Shown in pieces: positions 1 to 14,529 of a DNA stretch of 64,000 nt. Source of the DNA: Octopus vulgaris (lineage: Eukaryota); assembly GCA_951406725.2 (NCBI GenBank), contig OX597825.1, forward strand, positions 17,422,001 through 17,486,000, read 5' to 3'. Made by a program: the position numbers and the translations under genes. The notes beneath the pieces are model-generated. The model worked only from the letters and a program-made list of their open reading frames with translations, searched no databases and was not told the origin of the DNA. Each line of letters opens with the position of its first letter. Position 1 is the stretch's first letter.

Positions 1-489
1 GTGTATATATGTGTGTGTGTGTTTGTGTATCTGTGCATGGTTGTATATATGTATCAGAAAATTCATAAATCTATAAATTTCAATATTGGTTCCCTCGGGT
101 ATGATTTATGTCCTTAAAACTATAAAGTTATAATGTATAATAGAAATATTATACGAAAGAGATATGAGTAATGCAATACCAATCTCCGATGACATATCGT
201 TTCCGATAGGTTTTTCACCCACTTTTGTACTCATTTAAGGAATATATATAATGCATAATAGTTACTGCACTTTTACATCACTGGAAGAAGCTACGCTATG
301 ATGGCAAGATTTTAGTACTTTTCTTTCGGTGTTCAACATCGATCATTGAAAAGTACATTACTAATTATAAACCATTTCATTAACCCGTCAAAAACACCCA
401 ATATGTTTGCGAGTAATTTCGGCTTCCTTTGTGTACACAAAGCTAACAGTTTCGCAGTAGAAGTAAATCGAATCAATTTATATCATCAT

Positions 490-640
490 ACACCCCAGTA
501 CTTAACTCGTGTGTATTTTATCAGCCCAAATTTGACGATAGCAATATCCATCCTTGCGAGATTTTGAAGTCAACACATGAGGAGGGACGAAATGCCGCGA
601 AGCGTTTGGCCCGTTGTACTGAAGTACCAGTTAGCTGCCT
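490..640 (-). mobile_element. Degenerate SINE family A fragment
   Basis: ccccagtacttaact...tttatc...gaaatgccgcgaagcgtttggcccg resembles the reverse complement of the family A copies at 2178 and 62757. Confidence 0.55.
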
Positions 641-792
641 TAGACTAAATAAATTTTGGTTTCAATTTTTGGTATAAGAGTGAGCAGGGAAAGTCACTTA
701 CATCAAAACTAGTGTTCACGTGGTACTTATTTTTATCGAGCCCGAGAGTATTTATATTTATACGGTTCTATATTTAAGAGATGAAGAATTAT

Positions 793-918
793 GTACATTA
801 TTTACATTCAACGGATATTTGTCCTAATCTTGTTTGTTGTTAACACAAGGTTTCGGCTGATGAAATGTCTTGGGGAAATTTCGAACCAGGGTTCTCATTC
901 CTAAGGTATTTTTCGATA
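793..918 (-). mobile_element. Penelope-like terminal (pLTR) fragment, left copy
   Basis: Reverse complement of 1492-1632; abuts an (ATT)n tract; the hammerhead-like core is partly deleted. Confidence 0.6.
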
Positions 919-968
919 TTATTATTATTATTATTAATATTATTATTATTATTATCATCATCATCATC

Positions 969-1001
<33 letters not shown>

Positions 1002-1002
1002 G

Positions 1003-1463
1003 AGTAAGAGAGCAGTGCATGCCATCAAAGTGACACTAGGGTAAAATATACGAAGCCCAATATACCCATCATGACTACCCGTCTGATAAAGGTACACCAG
1101 GTACATGCATCACAACCATATGTGCGCGACATGGTGATCTCATATCAAGATAAACAGCACATGACCTTGCAGGTGGGGCCCAGTTAGAATTTTCTTCAGG
1201 TTGAGTAGCCCATCCCGCTCAAAAGGTCCCTGAATAAGGGTTGTTTAAGGATGTTGAAAGAACCACCCATGTTTCCAGAGGTGAACTATTCAAACCCCAA
1301 AGAAGCCCTCTCAACAAATGGCTATGATGCTCCCCCACTACTTCTGCTCGTGATCAGAGATGCACATATCGTCAGCCACTAAGGGACATGCTCAACTGGT
1401 TAAGGTCAAACAACTGACAAGCAAATCTGTGGTATTGAGCAGAATATTTGCTGTAGCCCATCT
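1003..1463. mobile_element. Interspersed repeat flanked by (ATT)n, possibly a LINE UTR or non-autonomous element
   Basis: A diverged colinear copy lies at ~40330-40790 (shared catcaaagt..ac.ct.gggta, ctcatatcaagataaacagcacat, aaaaggtc.c.gaataaggg). Confidence 0.7.
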
Positions 1464-1491
1464 ATTATTATTATTATTATTATTATTATAA

Positions 1492-1632
1492 CATCGAAAA
1501 ATACCTTAGGAATGAGAACCCTGGTTCGACATTTCCACAAGACCTAAAAAAGGCTGGAAGGTATACCAGCCGAAATGTTGTGTTAAGAACAAACAAGATG
1601 AGGACAAACATCTGTCCAATGTAAATAATGTA
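1492..1632 (+). mobile_element. Penelope-like terminal fragment with decayed hammerhead motif, right copy
   Basis: gac-CTAAAAA-a-GGCTGG-aaggtata-CCAGCC-GAAAT-GTT-gtgtt: intact stem II and GAAA, mutated CUGANGA core. Confidence 0.6.
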
Positions 1633-1669
1633 AGTAATGTTAAATATTTATATTTGTTAACTTGTTAAG

Positions 1670-1810
1670 ACGGCGCGATGGTAGATTCATTAGAGTGCCG
1701 AGCAAAATGCTTAGTATCATTTTGTCCGTCTTCACCTTCTGAGTTCAAATTCCGCCGAGATCGACCCCTCCAACGAACCTGCTGGCCTTGTGTCCAATTT
1801 TCAAATCAAT
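1670..1810 (+). mobile_element. SINE family A (tRNA-like head)
   Basis: ggcgcgatggtaga...gagttcaaattccgccgag (B-box-like GTTCAAATTC); multiple copies in the window. Confidence 0.8.
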
Positions 1811-1828
1811 ACTTGCTAACTATTTAAA

Positions 1829-1940
1829 GCGGTGAACTGACAGAATCGTTAGCAAGCTAGACAATATGCTGAGCACCATTTCGTCCGTCTTTACTTTCTG
1901 ATTTCAAACGCCGCCGAGGTGGACTTTGTCTTTCATCATT
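1829..1940 (+). mobile_element. SINE family A, partial
   Basis: gcggtgaactgacagaatcgttagc...ttcaaacgccgccgaggtggactttg. Confidence 0.75.
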
Positions 1941-2177
1941 TTACTATAATCGTGTTATCACTTAGCTGTAGTCACGGAATGAATAGAATCATTGAGAGAA
2001 ACTGTTTTGAACAAGATATAAATTCGGAGTAAATTCCCATTTAATACTAACTAAATTGCTCTGTATCATTAACATACTTTTCAAATCCCTAAACAATTGA
2101 CAGAAAGGCCTTTCTATGCTATTTAAATACAAGAAAGCGTTCCGAAAATGATGGCAGTATCTTATATTGGTATAATG

Positions 2178-2385
2178 CGGCCAGCTGGCAGAATTGTGAG
2201 CAAGCATGGCAAAATGCAGCATTTAGTCCGACTTCACGTTCTGAGTTCAAATTCCGCCGAGGTAAAATTTGTCTTTCATCTTTTCAGGGTCGACAAAATA
2301 TGTACTAGTTGAATTTTCGTGTCGATGTAATCGACTTACTCCTCCATTGGAATTGCTGGCCTTGTGCCAAAATTTGAAATCAATA
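2178..2385 (+). mobile_element. SINE family A
   Basis: ggccagctggcagaattg...gagttcaaattccgccgagg...gctggccttgtgccaaaatttgaaatc. Confidence 0.8.
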
Positions 2386-2510
2386 ATTTATAATGGCATT
2401 CACTATCTTGTTTTTGTTTGCCTATCTCTCACTCTACATACACTAGCTGAATCACCGCGGTCGATTCAGCTACTACGTATCTGTACTTTAAGAATTTCCT
2501 TATAGATTTC

Positions 2511-2587
<77 letters not shown>

Positions 2588-3146
2588 AGAGAGAGAGCGT
2601 GGCGTACGAACACTTTGGTCACTTATATGTAAGTATATATTTATCTAAATCTGGTATGGCTCTATTCTCTCTGTTATTCTTTCTTTCTATCAGCCCTTTC
2701 ACGCTTACTTCGTTCATTCCACTCTTCGTTCTTTCGTTAACCCTGTCTCACATTTCCTTGCCTTCTCTTCATGCTCACTTTCCCTCCTCTTTTCACTTCA
2801 CTGTGTCCCTGTCATCTTTCTCGCCCCTCCTTAATTATTCTCTCCCTCCGCTTCTACCGCTCTCTCTTCTCTCCCCACGATCTACATTTTACGTTTCTGA
2901 TTTTCTATTTCGATCTCTCTCTTTCATATTCTCATTCTCTCTCTCTGTCTCTGACTGTGTGTCTGTCTCCCTCTCTTTCTCTGTGTACTTTTAAACATTG
3001 TTAAAGTAAAATATTATCGAATTATAATATTTCAAAATACTGTTGAAAGTACTTCAATGTTCGTTCTGCAAGATACATACAACATTTGCATATATGTAAT
3101 ATATACACATATACATACATACATACATGCATACATACACACTCAC

Positions 3147-3223
<77 letters not shown>

Positions 3224-3822
3224 CATACATAAATATATATATATATGTGTAGTCACACACACATACACACACACACATATATGGCTTCACTGATATGCAT
3301 ACATTTATACAGACATTGAAACGCACGTACATTTGTATGCACGCAAGCTGTTCGTTCCGTCATCTAAGTTATACCGTTGTTTGGTGAACGGCATTATTTG
3401 TACTCTGCTGCAGAGAGAAATCTCTGAGAAACTTAAAGGGAATCATTTCATATACTGTAAGAATTATTCAGAATTATCGATGTGCTGTGTGATCGAATTC
3501 TGGTAAAAGTTATTCATTTAGTATATCATTTAAATCATGCTTGGTCACGTACAGCTATCGATCAGTACATTAGAATACGTTTTACCTAGATTGAAAACAT
3601 ATTTGATCAATATAAGTGATTCAATGACAGACAAGCGAATTTTATTCATTGATTCTCCTTTAATGAAAGCAAATAGAAATTCTTACTAAAAATAGCACCA
3701 CAAAAATTTCAAAATTACGAATATCTATCCATCTTGCGAAAGAAATGTCCATGGCATATCACGTTCCCAAATTCGTCTTCTTTCCTTTCATTTTTTTTTT
3801 ACTATCCCATAGATGTATTAAT

Positions 3823-3990
3823 AGGTGAAGGCATGCCTGTGGGGCTACGAAGCTTGCTTTGTAATCACCTAGTCTTGGTTCAATTCCAGTGTGCATTTGT
3901 CGCAAGGATGTGTCTCCTCCTATTACAACCCCGAGACGACCAGGGACTTGAGAGGGAATTTGGTAGACGAAAACTCTACAGAAACTCTTT
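3823..3990 (+). mobile_element. SINE family B, degenerate 5' part
   Basis: Colinear with 29765 copy (gtgg..agcttgctt...ggttcaattcca...gaatttggtagacgaaaact). Confidence 0.65.
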
Positions 3991-4289
3991 GTATGGGAGG
4001 GGACAATTAGTTCTTTATGTTCTCGTTAGCGGTTGGACAAAAAGTGTACCGGTAGTAAAATTACCAAATTCATTAAAAAAAAACATTACTGGTATCGATT
4101 TGTAGAACTATACATTCCAAGGTATATCTCCAGTATGATCGATCACCAGTGACTGAATCAAATAAAAATGTATGGAAGTGGCTTAAAGTCAGCTACACAG
4201 CTGCTCAATCCGAATTGATGGTGTTCTGCGATTCGCCACACGAAAAGTGTTAATCTGGATTTTAGCAGTGACATAGGATTGTTAGGTCT

Positions 4290-4600
4290 GAAATTGATAT
4301 GCTACACATAACTTGCATTTTTTAGATCCATTAACATATGACTTGAATTTTTCTACGGTTTTCCACTCGATGGTATGCGACGTTGATTTGGTCTTCAAAG
4401 AACATACGCGATTCGCCAACTTACAAGGTTTACTTTTGTCCTTGTGCATAAAAGAAGAGAGATTGTTAGCATAGCGTCTATTGAAGTTGCCTTCGCTTAG
4501 CCTGATGTAATTTTCCTCTTAGGTTAGGCTATCATGTAGCGTTCCTCTATCTTCTGCCTCATATACGGTGGAGTTTATCAGGCACGCATGGTCAAGGGGC
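4290..4600 (-). mobile_element. Penelope-like element GIY-YIG endonuclease fragment (decayed)
   Basis: Minus-strand translation [15 protein letters not shown]...[26 protein letters not shown]...IEWK...SYVNGSKKCKLC fits the Penelope pattern CPL-CL-VY-YIG-E-F-RY-SF-I-W-CxLC. Confidence 0.8.
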
Positions 4601-4656
4601 ATATACATACACACACATACATACATACATACATACATACATACATAAATGCATAC

Positions 4657-4744
<88 letters not shown>

Positions 4745-4850
4745 TGGGGAACCTAATATACAGATGGGGAATCTATACGCCAAGGAAACCGGGAAACCGG
4801 CCCTTATGAGCCAGGAATGGCTCGAGAAGGAACACACATATATATACAAG

Positions 4851-5340
4851 TAGAGCTGAAGATTTTGACCAAGATGTAAGCAAGAATTTGTCGCTTGTCG
4901 TCGACATACTGGTCGGAAAGGCGCAAACTATCGCCATTCCGTCCAAAACAATCTGCGATATACACTACACTATAGACAAGGTGGTTAATCCTGGCATACA
5001 GGAGCACTGATACATTCACATCAGTCCAAAACATTCAATAGAGTTGACCATCGCTATCTGGCGGCAGTTCTCGCTTCTCTGCCAGACAGTTAATGCGAGC
5101 GGCGCTGTTTCCATCTCGTCTTTTTATAGAGGCTTAATGGCTGGTAAGTGCGATGACGCTCTAAATAAAACTCTGAGCCTCGATTACGAGCAACTCACTA
5201 GTCCGTTCGGGCCAGGGCCCATGGATAACTACCTGAAATTCCTGACATGGCAGTGCTACTGAGGAGCTCTGCATTTTCGTGATAAACACTTTAGGCACAA
5301 ATATGCAGACACACGGGCATGTCCGAGATTTGCAACCGCC
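4851..5340 (+). mobile_element. Tx1/L1-clade LINE ORF2 remnant with large internal deletion
   Basis: ELKILTKM*AR / LSLVVDILVGKAQTIAIP / GALIHSHQSKTFNRVDHRYLAAVL (RT motif D.EKAFDRVDH.YL), followed closely by the C-terminal FGPGPMDNYLKFLTWQCY*GAL..RDK. Confidence 0.8.
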
Positions 5341-5858
5341 GCGTACGTTTAAAACCAAATGGATGCAAGTGGCACTATCGATAAGTATGAATGTAACCAA
5401 CTTGGTCGAAATACCTTAGTCTCCCGTATGAGACTAGTACTAAGTCGTGGCTTATGGAGTCTCCATACCCAACATTTCATCTTGTTATCGTATAAATGTT
5501 ACAGAAAATTTTTATTTATTAAAATTCTATTCATATTGTTATTCAATCAGCTAATTCCGCCTTACTGTTGACCCCTATTTGTATTGTCTGTCGTCCTGTT
5601 TTGGCCGGTTTTTTATAGCCCTTTGTCCCCTGTTTAAAATAAAATTTCTTACCGCTCAACGACAGCGATGATTTGCTTATAGGGATCAAATGTTTGTGCA
5701 GGCAAAAGCTCATTCCCTCCATCAGAACGACATCATCTTCACAGGTGCAAAGTGTGCCACACACTAACCACTAAGCTATGGGGTTTCACCCACATTCCTA
5801 CACATACACATACACATGCATGCATACATACAAACACACATATATGTATATATATATA

Positions 5859-5894
<36 letters not shown>

Positions 5895-5901
5895 TATATG
5901 C

Positions 5902-5983
<82 letters not shown>

Positions 5984-6264
5984 GTTTAAATATTTGTTGT
6001 GCAAATATATAAATGTATATATATATATATATATATATACGTTTAAATATTTGTTGTGCAAATATATAAATGTATGTATATATATAAACTTAATGTTAAT
6101 AAAAGTCGCGATGCGTGGCATTCAGTTACTCAATAAATGAAAAATGAATTATTTACTTGAAAACTTACACGTTCGACAGAAATACAAGGACCTTCTGTAT
6201 GTACGCGTGTGTAGATGCGCGTGTGTGTGTATGTTTATATATATGATATATATATATATACTTC

Positions 6265-6318
<54 letters not shown>

Positions 6319-7083
6319 CATACATTGTCATATATCATTTTCAAATTATAAGTATTTCTCGAGGGACCTCACATAGATATTTGTCTATTTCAGAGAACAT
6401 TATATTTCTACTTAATGTTCTTTGACCTTGTAGGCTAAAAGTATATATAAACAAAAAAAAAAAATGATTTCCTAGTAACTGACAGTTCATTTATATAAAT
6501 TCTAAATAAACGTGCAAAACTGTTATACAACCAAGGATACACGTATGAACACCCATGCATATCTATATGTGTGTCTGTTGTGTGTTGTATGGTTGTGTGT
6601 TTGCGTTTTTGTGGCTTACGTGTGAATAGCTGTGTATACACCATTGCAGTAACGTGTGTATATACAGGAAACGGAAGTTATGACAGTCAAAATAAATTTC
6701 ATAGATTTTCGCTTGCTTCATGTTTTCAATATTAAAAATATTAGAATAACCCCACCAAAATATATATAGCAATCTAATGGAAAATAAGAATCAGAAGTAA
6801 AATAAACCATAACCATATAAATAAGTAAATAGAATCGTAAATATATAAAGTGTTGATATGTTTATTTGCAGTATTTTTTTTTCAGGGGATAATGGATATG
6901 AAAATATTGGGTAGACAAATCGTCTACTCGAAAGAAAATGTTTCAGAGATTTTCGTAAATGACATTAACCAGGTATGCAATATAGAAAATTGCTTTTCTA
7001 GAGAAAAAAGTCTCATACGAACGGGGATATATTACGTCTCCATTTTGTATCTTATAATAATTTTTATTATTGCCATAATAACA

Positions 7084-7157
<74 letters not shown>
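7084..7157. repeat. (TAA)n microsatellite
   Basis: Directly visible. Confidence 0.95.
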
Positions 7158-7159
<2 letters not shown>

Positions 7160-7329
7160 TACCATCACCGTTATTATTATTGCTACGATTACCTTTATTT
7201 TTATTTCCGTTAATAATCTCAGAACTGTCAATAAAATATTAGATAATTAAAATATTAAGAAACTACACTTATATGTTTTGTTACCGGGGCAGCGCTAAGG
7301 GTTTCAAAGCCAACTATCACGCCACACGA

Positions 7330-7479
7330 TAGGTTAAAATTCGTGAAATAAAAAAAAATACTGCACTATAGTTTTATTACTTTTATTATTTGTATATATA
7401 AGCAACACTACAGAAGAATCAGTGTAAGCTTAAATAATAAACCGCGATAAGTGAACCGCGATATAGCGATGGATTACTG
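7330..7479. mobile_element. pogo/Tigger-like terminus
   Basis: accgcgataagtgaaccgcgatatagcgatggattactg; reverse complement starts CAGTAATCC..CGCTATATCGCGGTT, typical of Tigger-type TIRs. Confidence 0.55.
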
Positions 7480-7756
7480 AACACGGTAGACTGTCTCCCA
7501 CAACAATTAGAAAACAAAAACTACCCGACGTTCCCAGCGGTTGATTTTATCTTCCAGCTACATTCGGCTGAGAAGTGTAAAAGCTGGTTAAGAATACTGT
7601 GCCGGTCCGTAAGTTCGCTTGAATAAAAAATGGCTTGTTCTAACAATTACCTCTTGAATAGTTTATCATTTGGTGATTCCATTTGGATGATCCCAGTCCT
7701 AAAGTCGACACTCCAAGTACTCTTGCTGTGGTATCATGCTGTATTGGTTGCTGTAG

Positions 7757-7818
7757 CTTCTTCTTCTTCTTCTTCTTCTTCTTCTTCTTCTTCTTCTTCT
7801 TCAACTTCTTCTTCTTCA

Positions 7819-7849
<31 letters not shown>

Positions 7850-7916
7850 CTTCTTCTTCTTCAACTTCTTCTTCTTCAACTTCTCCTTCTTCAACTTCTT
7901 CTTCAATTTCTTCTTC
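7757..7916. repeat. (TTC)n microsatellite with TCAAC interruptions
   Basis: Directly visible; source of the poly-S/K/E/F ORFs. Confidence 0.95.
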
Positions 7917-8119
7917 CAATCACTCCATTAGCCACAAAGAATAATCCCTAATTCGAGCCTACTCTAAGCTACTAAGAATGCGTGTGGCAACTTGAAGATC
8001 CACCCACCACACGTGATAGACTGGCGGTTGCACGGACGCGAAAACTACGTGGCTTTTAACGGGTGGAGAGCTGAACCATCCTGGGATACAAAGGATTCGC
8101 AATCTAGACTAGGGTCTAA

Positions 8120-8368
8120 AAATTTCCCACACAATAGTAGGTTACACCGTGGTTCCTTTGCTTTGTGGCAGAAGTATGAAGAAAGAGTGAGAGAAAGTTG
8201 TGGTGAAAGACTACAGCGGGGTTCACCCCTCTCCCACCGTCGCCGGAGACTCGTGGAGCTTAGGTGTTTTTGCTCAATAAAGATTCACAATGCCCGGTCT
8301 GGGAATCGAAACCGCGTTCTTATGACCGCGAGTCCGCTGCCCTAAACACTGGACCATTGCGCCTCCAC
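8120..8368 (-). mobile_element. SINE family C (tRNA-derived head)
   Basis: Minus strand begins ggaggcgcaatggtccagtgtttagggcagcggactcgcggtc...gtttcgattcccagacc (A and B boxes). Confidence 0.8.
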
Positions 8369-9289
8369 TAGTTGCTGTAGCTGTTTAGTTTTGGATGCTG
8401 CTGTTATTTGTTGAGATCTCAAAACGCTCAACAGAAGTTGCATGGAAGTTGTATTACCGACGAATAAAATAACAAATTGTTTCCCTGTGAAGGTGTACCA
8501 GAAGATTGTGCATAAATATTCTCTGTTAAAGAAGATGCGTCTCTTTTCCCCTTTTCAATGTTCATGATTTTTGTCGAGTGAGGTTGGATCGAAAACTGGT
8601 AACCTCCGCAAAAGAAACATTTATTTCCTTTACATTCACTGCTGCTATTGTTGTTATCCTTGTTGACTCTCTCATTATTGTTTCTCATTGGAGTAATTGT
8701 TGCGGTGACAATTTCGCTTCTGATCAGTTCAGTGTGTTGTTATAGCATTGGAAATACATGACTTATTGCTCCTGGCGATTTTTGAGAGTTTCATTTGTTT
8801 AAATATCAGTGTGCTGGTTGCGCTACTTTTGTAGTACTGTGTGATCAGATATGGCTGCTGTAGAAGGTCTCACCTTCTTAAACCCCTCCTAACTCCCTCA
8901 TTTACTGTCTAGCTATTTGGCAAAGACAAAGTCATTTTGGAAATATTTCGTATTTTTCGAAATATTTTCTCATAAATATGTGTTCCTAGGGCTAATAAGA
9001 AAAGCAATTGATCAGTGTCTTATAGATCTGGTTAACTAACAAACAAGAGAGGGCCTTAAAATCTACAAGAGTAGATTTTTAGCTGGTAATTCGTGAGGAA
9101 TGATGTTTTCGTGTATACATTTGTCGTTCAACTGTGCACGTTTTTACGTATATATTGTACATATATGTATATATATAAATGTGTGTGTGTGCGTGAGTGA
9201 ACATGTACATTTATACGTTGATATATTTATCTATCAATCGACCATTCAATTTATCAATCTCTCTCTCACTCCCTCTCTCTCTCTCTCCA

Positions 9290-9340
<51 letters not shown>

Positions 9341-11006
9341 ATATATGTACATATATATACCCATATATACACACAAATACTTGTATGCTTATCACAAACG
9401 ATGACAAGACTTGAGGATATCACGCATTCGTTGTCATTTGTTTTAAATGCGTATGGGGAATGAATCACTTTACAATTCGGTAAAGATGTACATGGTGATA
9501 TCATGGCGTTCAGGCGAAATCATGCCTTTCATTGCTAATTTCGGTACATAACTAAGAGCTAGTAAAGAAATATAATTTTTTCTCCCACAGTCTACTGCTG
9601 GACCTTTGGTACATAGGATATTAAGCAATGAGGTTGCTTGGTATGAGAGGAACAGCATAGTAATCTCCCTGAAATTTAAGCACAACTCATATTCTAGGAT
9701 GATCACATGAGAAAAAGTTAGTTTCATACACATTATGATAACATTATGCTGACAGGATATTCACGGCTGGAATGGTCTTGGTCACAGTTATACTGAATCA
9801 ATATCAACTCGCTTTTATATACTATGACACCGAGAAGAAAAACGATCGGGAGAAAATAGATATGTGAACCAACGCAATCGTAATATAAACATCGAATTTT
9901 AATTAGCGTATAATAATTCCTTTTATTTTCTCGTGGGGCGATTAACCCAGAAATTGAAGCGAAACCACTACAAATAAAAGAGAGAAGTGTATAATATGAA
10001 TAAATCTATCGTGAAAGCGTTTTGCATACATTATACCACTTTATCTTGTGCCCCTATAAAAAATCATATTTATCATAGTGAAATTACAAGGAGAATTGCT
10101 TCAGTTCCTAGCATGAAGTTACCTTGGTAAATGTGGATGGCCAAGCATTTAAGAGTATTTAACTATTGCACGTGATCAATCAACAGACATGTTTCGCTAT
10201 ACTGCAATAATTTGATGGTTCGTTGATACACACAATTTAACATGATTAAGCGGGACGCATCTCTTCCAGTCACTTCCTCTTTGAAGTCTTTGTGTTCTGT
10301 TTTTTTGCGGCTGACAATTTCTGTCATCACACACAGCTATTATATAGTGATTTTCCTTTGACCTGCCTTGCAGAAAAGAAAGAAGATAAAAGTAATTGAT
10401 AATCATTTGAATGGATGAATAGCAACAAATATTATTCTGACGTTAGGATAAGTTTTGATTAGGTAAATTACGTTACATTTTTAGCGATACTAAAAGGTAC
10501 AAGTCTATTTATATCTACTTTGTACATTTTTATTATCGTGATGATTTGTGTAAGTTGTATAGGAAGGATTGCACTTTCTATAGAGCTGAGGAACAAGAAA
10601 GAAAGATAGACAGCTGAATATAGCTCCAGTGAATAATGTTTGCAAACAATACGTACATGTATACCCACACGTGCGCAAGAAAGCACACACTCAAACACAT
10701 CGAAAAACATGTCATTTGATATATGTAGGATTTAAAACTCCCTGATGTACTGTAGCTTGCGATAGTACACGACACTCTATAGAAGATATCCCGACTATAT
10801 TATCATAGTGTGCATGAAACTTATAGTGGGTCGCGATCAAATTCTATGTGCAGTAAATAATGCTAATCTCCCGATGGATGGAGTACATTATTGTTAATCT
10901 CAGAGATTAACGGAACATTACGCATATACATATATATACTACAAGCATTTATGAAAGTGTGTGTATGTATCTATATATAGTTTTCTTTACCGTCAAGGTA
11001 AGCTCG

Positions 11007-11056
<50 letters not shown>

Positions 11057-12407
11057 CATTTGAAATTGCTGTCCAAATGGTAAAACACATGTCAACCCTC
11101 CTAACCACAAATTCATGACGGTTTCATATCTAAAATTAACATTAAAGACAAGGCCGTCACTAACGACGAACAAGTTAAGAATTCGTTGGGATGCAAAAAC
11201 CATAGTCGTAATAGATAACTTAGAAGTGTGAGCATCCTCCTTTAAAATAAACATATGGTTAATGAGTGGGGAGATTAGTAAGTAGCTTATAGTGTTCTGG
11301 TTCTCTGAAACCTTATATTGTCAAGCGATTTCCCATGAAATATTTCATATTTACTTCAGTAACTTATGCACTAGGTGAAAACATGAGCAGAAACTATAGA
11401 TTTCTTGATTGTAAATTAACTATACTATTTCGCCTTTATTTAGTAAAGTCTCAGAAATTAATTTATAAGATACTTTGAATGACTTTGAGATAGGAGACAC
11501 ACACTGTAGAGTTAAGAGAAAGGGATGTCCATTGTGGGGGCTGACTCAAGTCACTTAACACCATAGTGCCAGATACGTTAAGAATTAATAATTCTGTGAA
11601 CGCGCCTTTATGTAGGCGCGTATTATATTAAAATTACCAACTGCACTTTGAATTATAATTAGCTGTAACGCAAAATAGGGGAAGTTTGTGTCTGGAAACT
11701 ATAATCAAGATTTTAATGCATGGAATCCCAATGAATATAAGGATTTGTGATTGGAGTTGGTTGTGATTACACAACAGAAATCAATTCTCCCCCTTCAACT
11801 TGTGGTTTACTGATACTGATGTTACATAGGTCATCCGAAAGTATATAGTGCCCCTACTGATCCATGTTCACAGCTACATCATTCAACCTCTAATCTTATA
11901 AAGAGACAGGGTGTATACATGAATCCATTATCAAATGGGTCCATTGTAAAGAGAATGTATCATGTGACCTGAGAAAAAATGTCGCTGCCATTTTTAACAT
12001 GCCGTGCGATTAGTTAAGTACTTTGGCCATAAGGAAACAGACCTACGACTAATGGTCTTTATACAATAAGCTGTGCATTGGATTCTTTGGGCTTACAATT
12101 GCTATATCTACACTCTCCGATATGTACCTGTTAATATGTTAGTGTCCCTACATAGAGAATCGATTGGCCTTTCCAGTAGGTGATCCCTAGACGTAGATGA
12201 TCGATTCAGGGCACACAGTGGTATATTCGTTGTTCAATGTGGCGAAACGCGTCAAGCAACATGTAAGAATATATCAAATCATAATTTGTGTGGGTATCAC
12301 TGAGTTGTGACTGGAAAAGTGTTGAACTTTCTCTTTCATGAAGAAAATCGATAATTGAAACACAAAGAATAATTATAGGTTAAGTGCACAAATAATAACA
12401 TATGTAC

Positions 12408-12613
<206 letters not shown>

Positions 12614-12653
12614 ATATATATATATATATATATCAACCTGTGTCTGTCTGTCA

Positions 12654-12714
<61 letters not shown>

Positions 12715-12774
12715 GTATATGTATATGTGAGTTATCTGTGTCGGCCTGTCTATACTTGAACGTATCTTTCTTCC

Positions 12775-12843
<69 letters not shown>

Positions 12844-13113
12844 TTATATTATTTATAAGTATGTATATGTGTGTACATACATATATACGCACACATGCAT
12901 GAACACAGGCACACATACACATATGTGAGTGTCTGTATAAACACATAAATATGTGCGTGTGAGAACCTCGTAATAGCTTTTTAAGTAATTGGTATAATAT
13001 GTACGAATAGACGTTTGTATATATAAGCATAGAGACACGTATACATATATACATACATATATAAATATAGATATAGATATATAAATATATATATACATAT
13101 ATATACATACATG

Positions 13114-13163
<50 letters not shown>

Positions 13164-13472
13164 CATACATGGATACAAACACACACACGCAGGCATACAT
13201 ACATATACCTTATGTATTTTACTTCTGTGTCCGTGTATAGAGTTTGACTTTTACTATGTACAAACTTGTCTCAATGGAGAGTTCATGCACCTAATTAGTG
13301 GAATTGTGTCTTCTATTATTATATCGTTAATTTACCAATTACGCTACTAATTTTCAGTTCTGCTTAAGGTTATATATCGGAGCAACAGAGATGCGAAATA
13401 GCCAACAGAAGGTTAATATACGCGTATTATTATAACATTTCCTGTCCTCATACCTTAGTAGGCACACGCAAA

Positions 13473-13526
<54 letters not shown>

Positions 13527-13927
13527 ATATAATATAATATAATATAGTATAATATATATAAATATATATATATGATACAGATAATTATATTATATATATT
13601 ACATATATATAAACATACATACACATACATACACACACACACACATATATATTTACATATATATATAAATATACTTATGTATAAATATATGTACATATAT
13701 ACATATATATATGTATATATACAAACGTATAAATATATATACATATACTTACACACACACACACACATATATATATATACATTCGTATAAATATATGTGC
13801 ATATATACATATATATATATATATGTATATATACATACGTATAAATATATATACATATACATATACATATATACTCATGTATCTATATATATGCACATAT
13901 ATAAATGTATATATATTATACATGTAG

Positions 13928-13962
<35 letters not shown>

Positions 13963-14529
13963 CATGGACAAATACGCACGCAACTACACACCCAGTAACG
14001 CACAACGCACACACATTTCAGCGAATACGCACACGCATACACACACACACAGATGAACATCGTAAAGTTATAGGCATGATCTGGTAGACACAACAAAATT
14101 ATCTTAAAGAAATCTGCTGAAATTATGAAATTATTCAAATCATACTGGCTCTACTTAATACCTTACCGTTTATATTCTGCTGATGTGATTTCCGTGTCTT
14201 TCTAAATTTAGATATAAATGTCTGTGACCTTTTAGAATCCACCTGGCACTCTTGTGTTACACAGGAGAATTTAATGCCAATTTGTTGGAGCATAGTGAAA
14301 GGGCTGTCACACTTAATAAAATATCTTTAGTGAATTGATATTATCTTATGATCCCAAATAGTTGTATCTTGTAGATAGTGTTTATTGGTTCGTAATGTTG
14401 TAGAAACGTTTCACAAATTAGTAAACATCTCTGGTAAACTAAACCTAAGCTGTGTATTATTAATCTTAATACAATTAGTGATATCTTCACTAATAGAAAT
14501 GAAAGCGAAAGAGAAACTAATTTCCGAGA

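Noticed and set aside
855-895. CTGATGA...GAAA on the plus strand as a hammerhead
   Set aside because: No convincing stems I or III; the motif sits at a deletion junction in a terminus whose real motif is on the other strand
4250-4290. LDFSSDIGLL as an RT YADD-like motif on the plus strand
   Set aside because: Short, and better explained as chance next to the minus-strand Penelope fragment
7630-7944. Poly-Ser/Lys/Glu/Phe ORFs
   Set aside because: Frames of a (TTC)n microsatellite
8290-8368. tRNA gene
   Set aside because: tRNA-like A and B boxes continue into a SINE body; it is a SINE head, not a full cloverleaf
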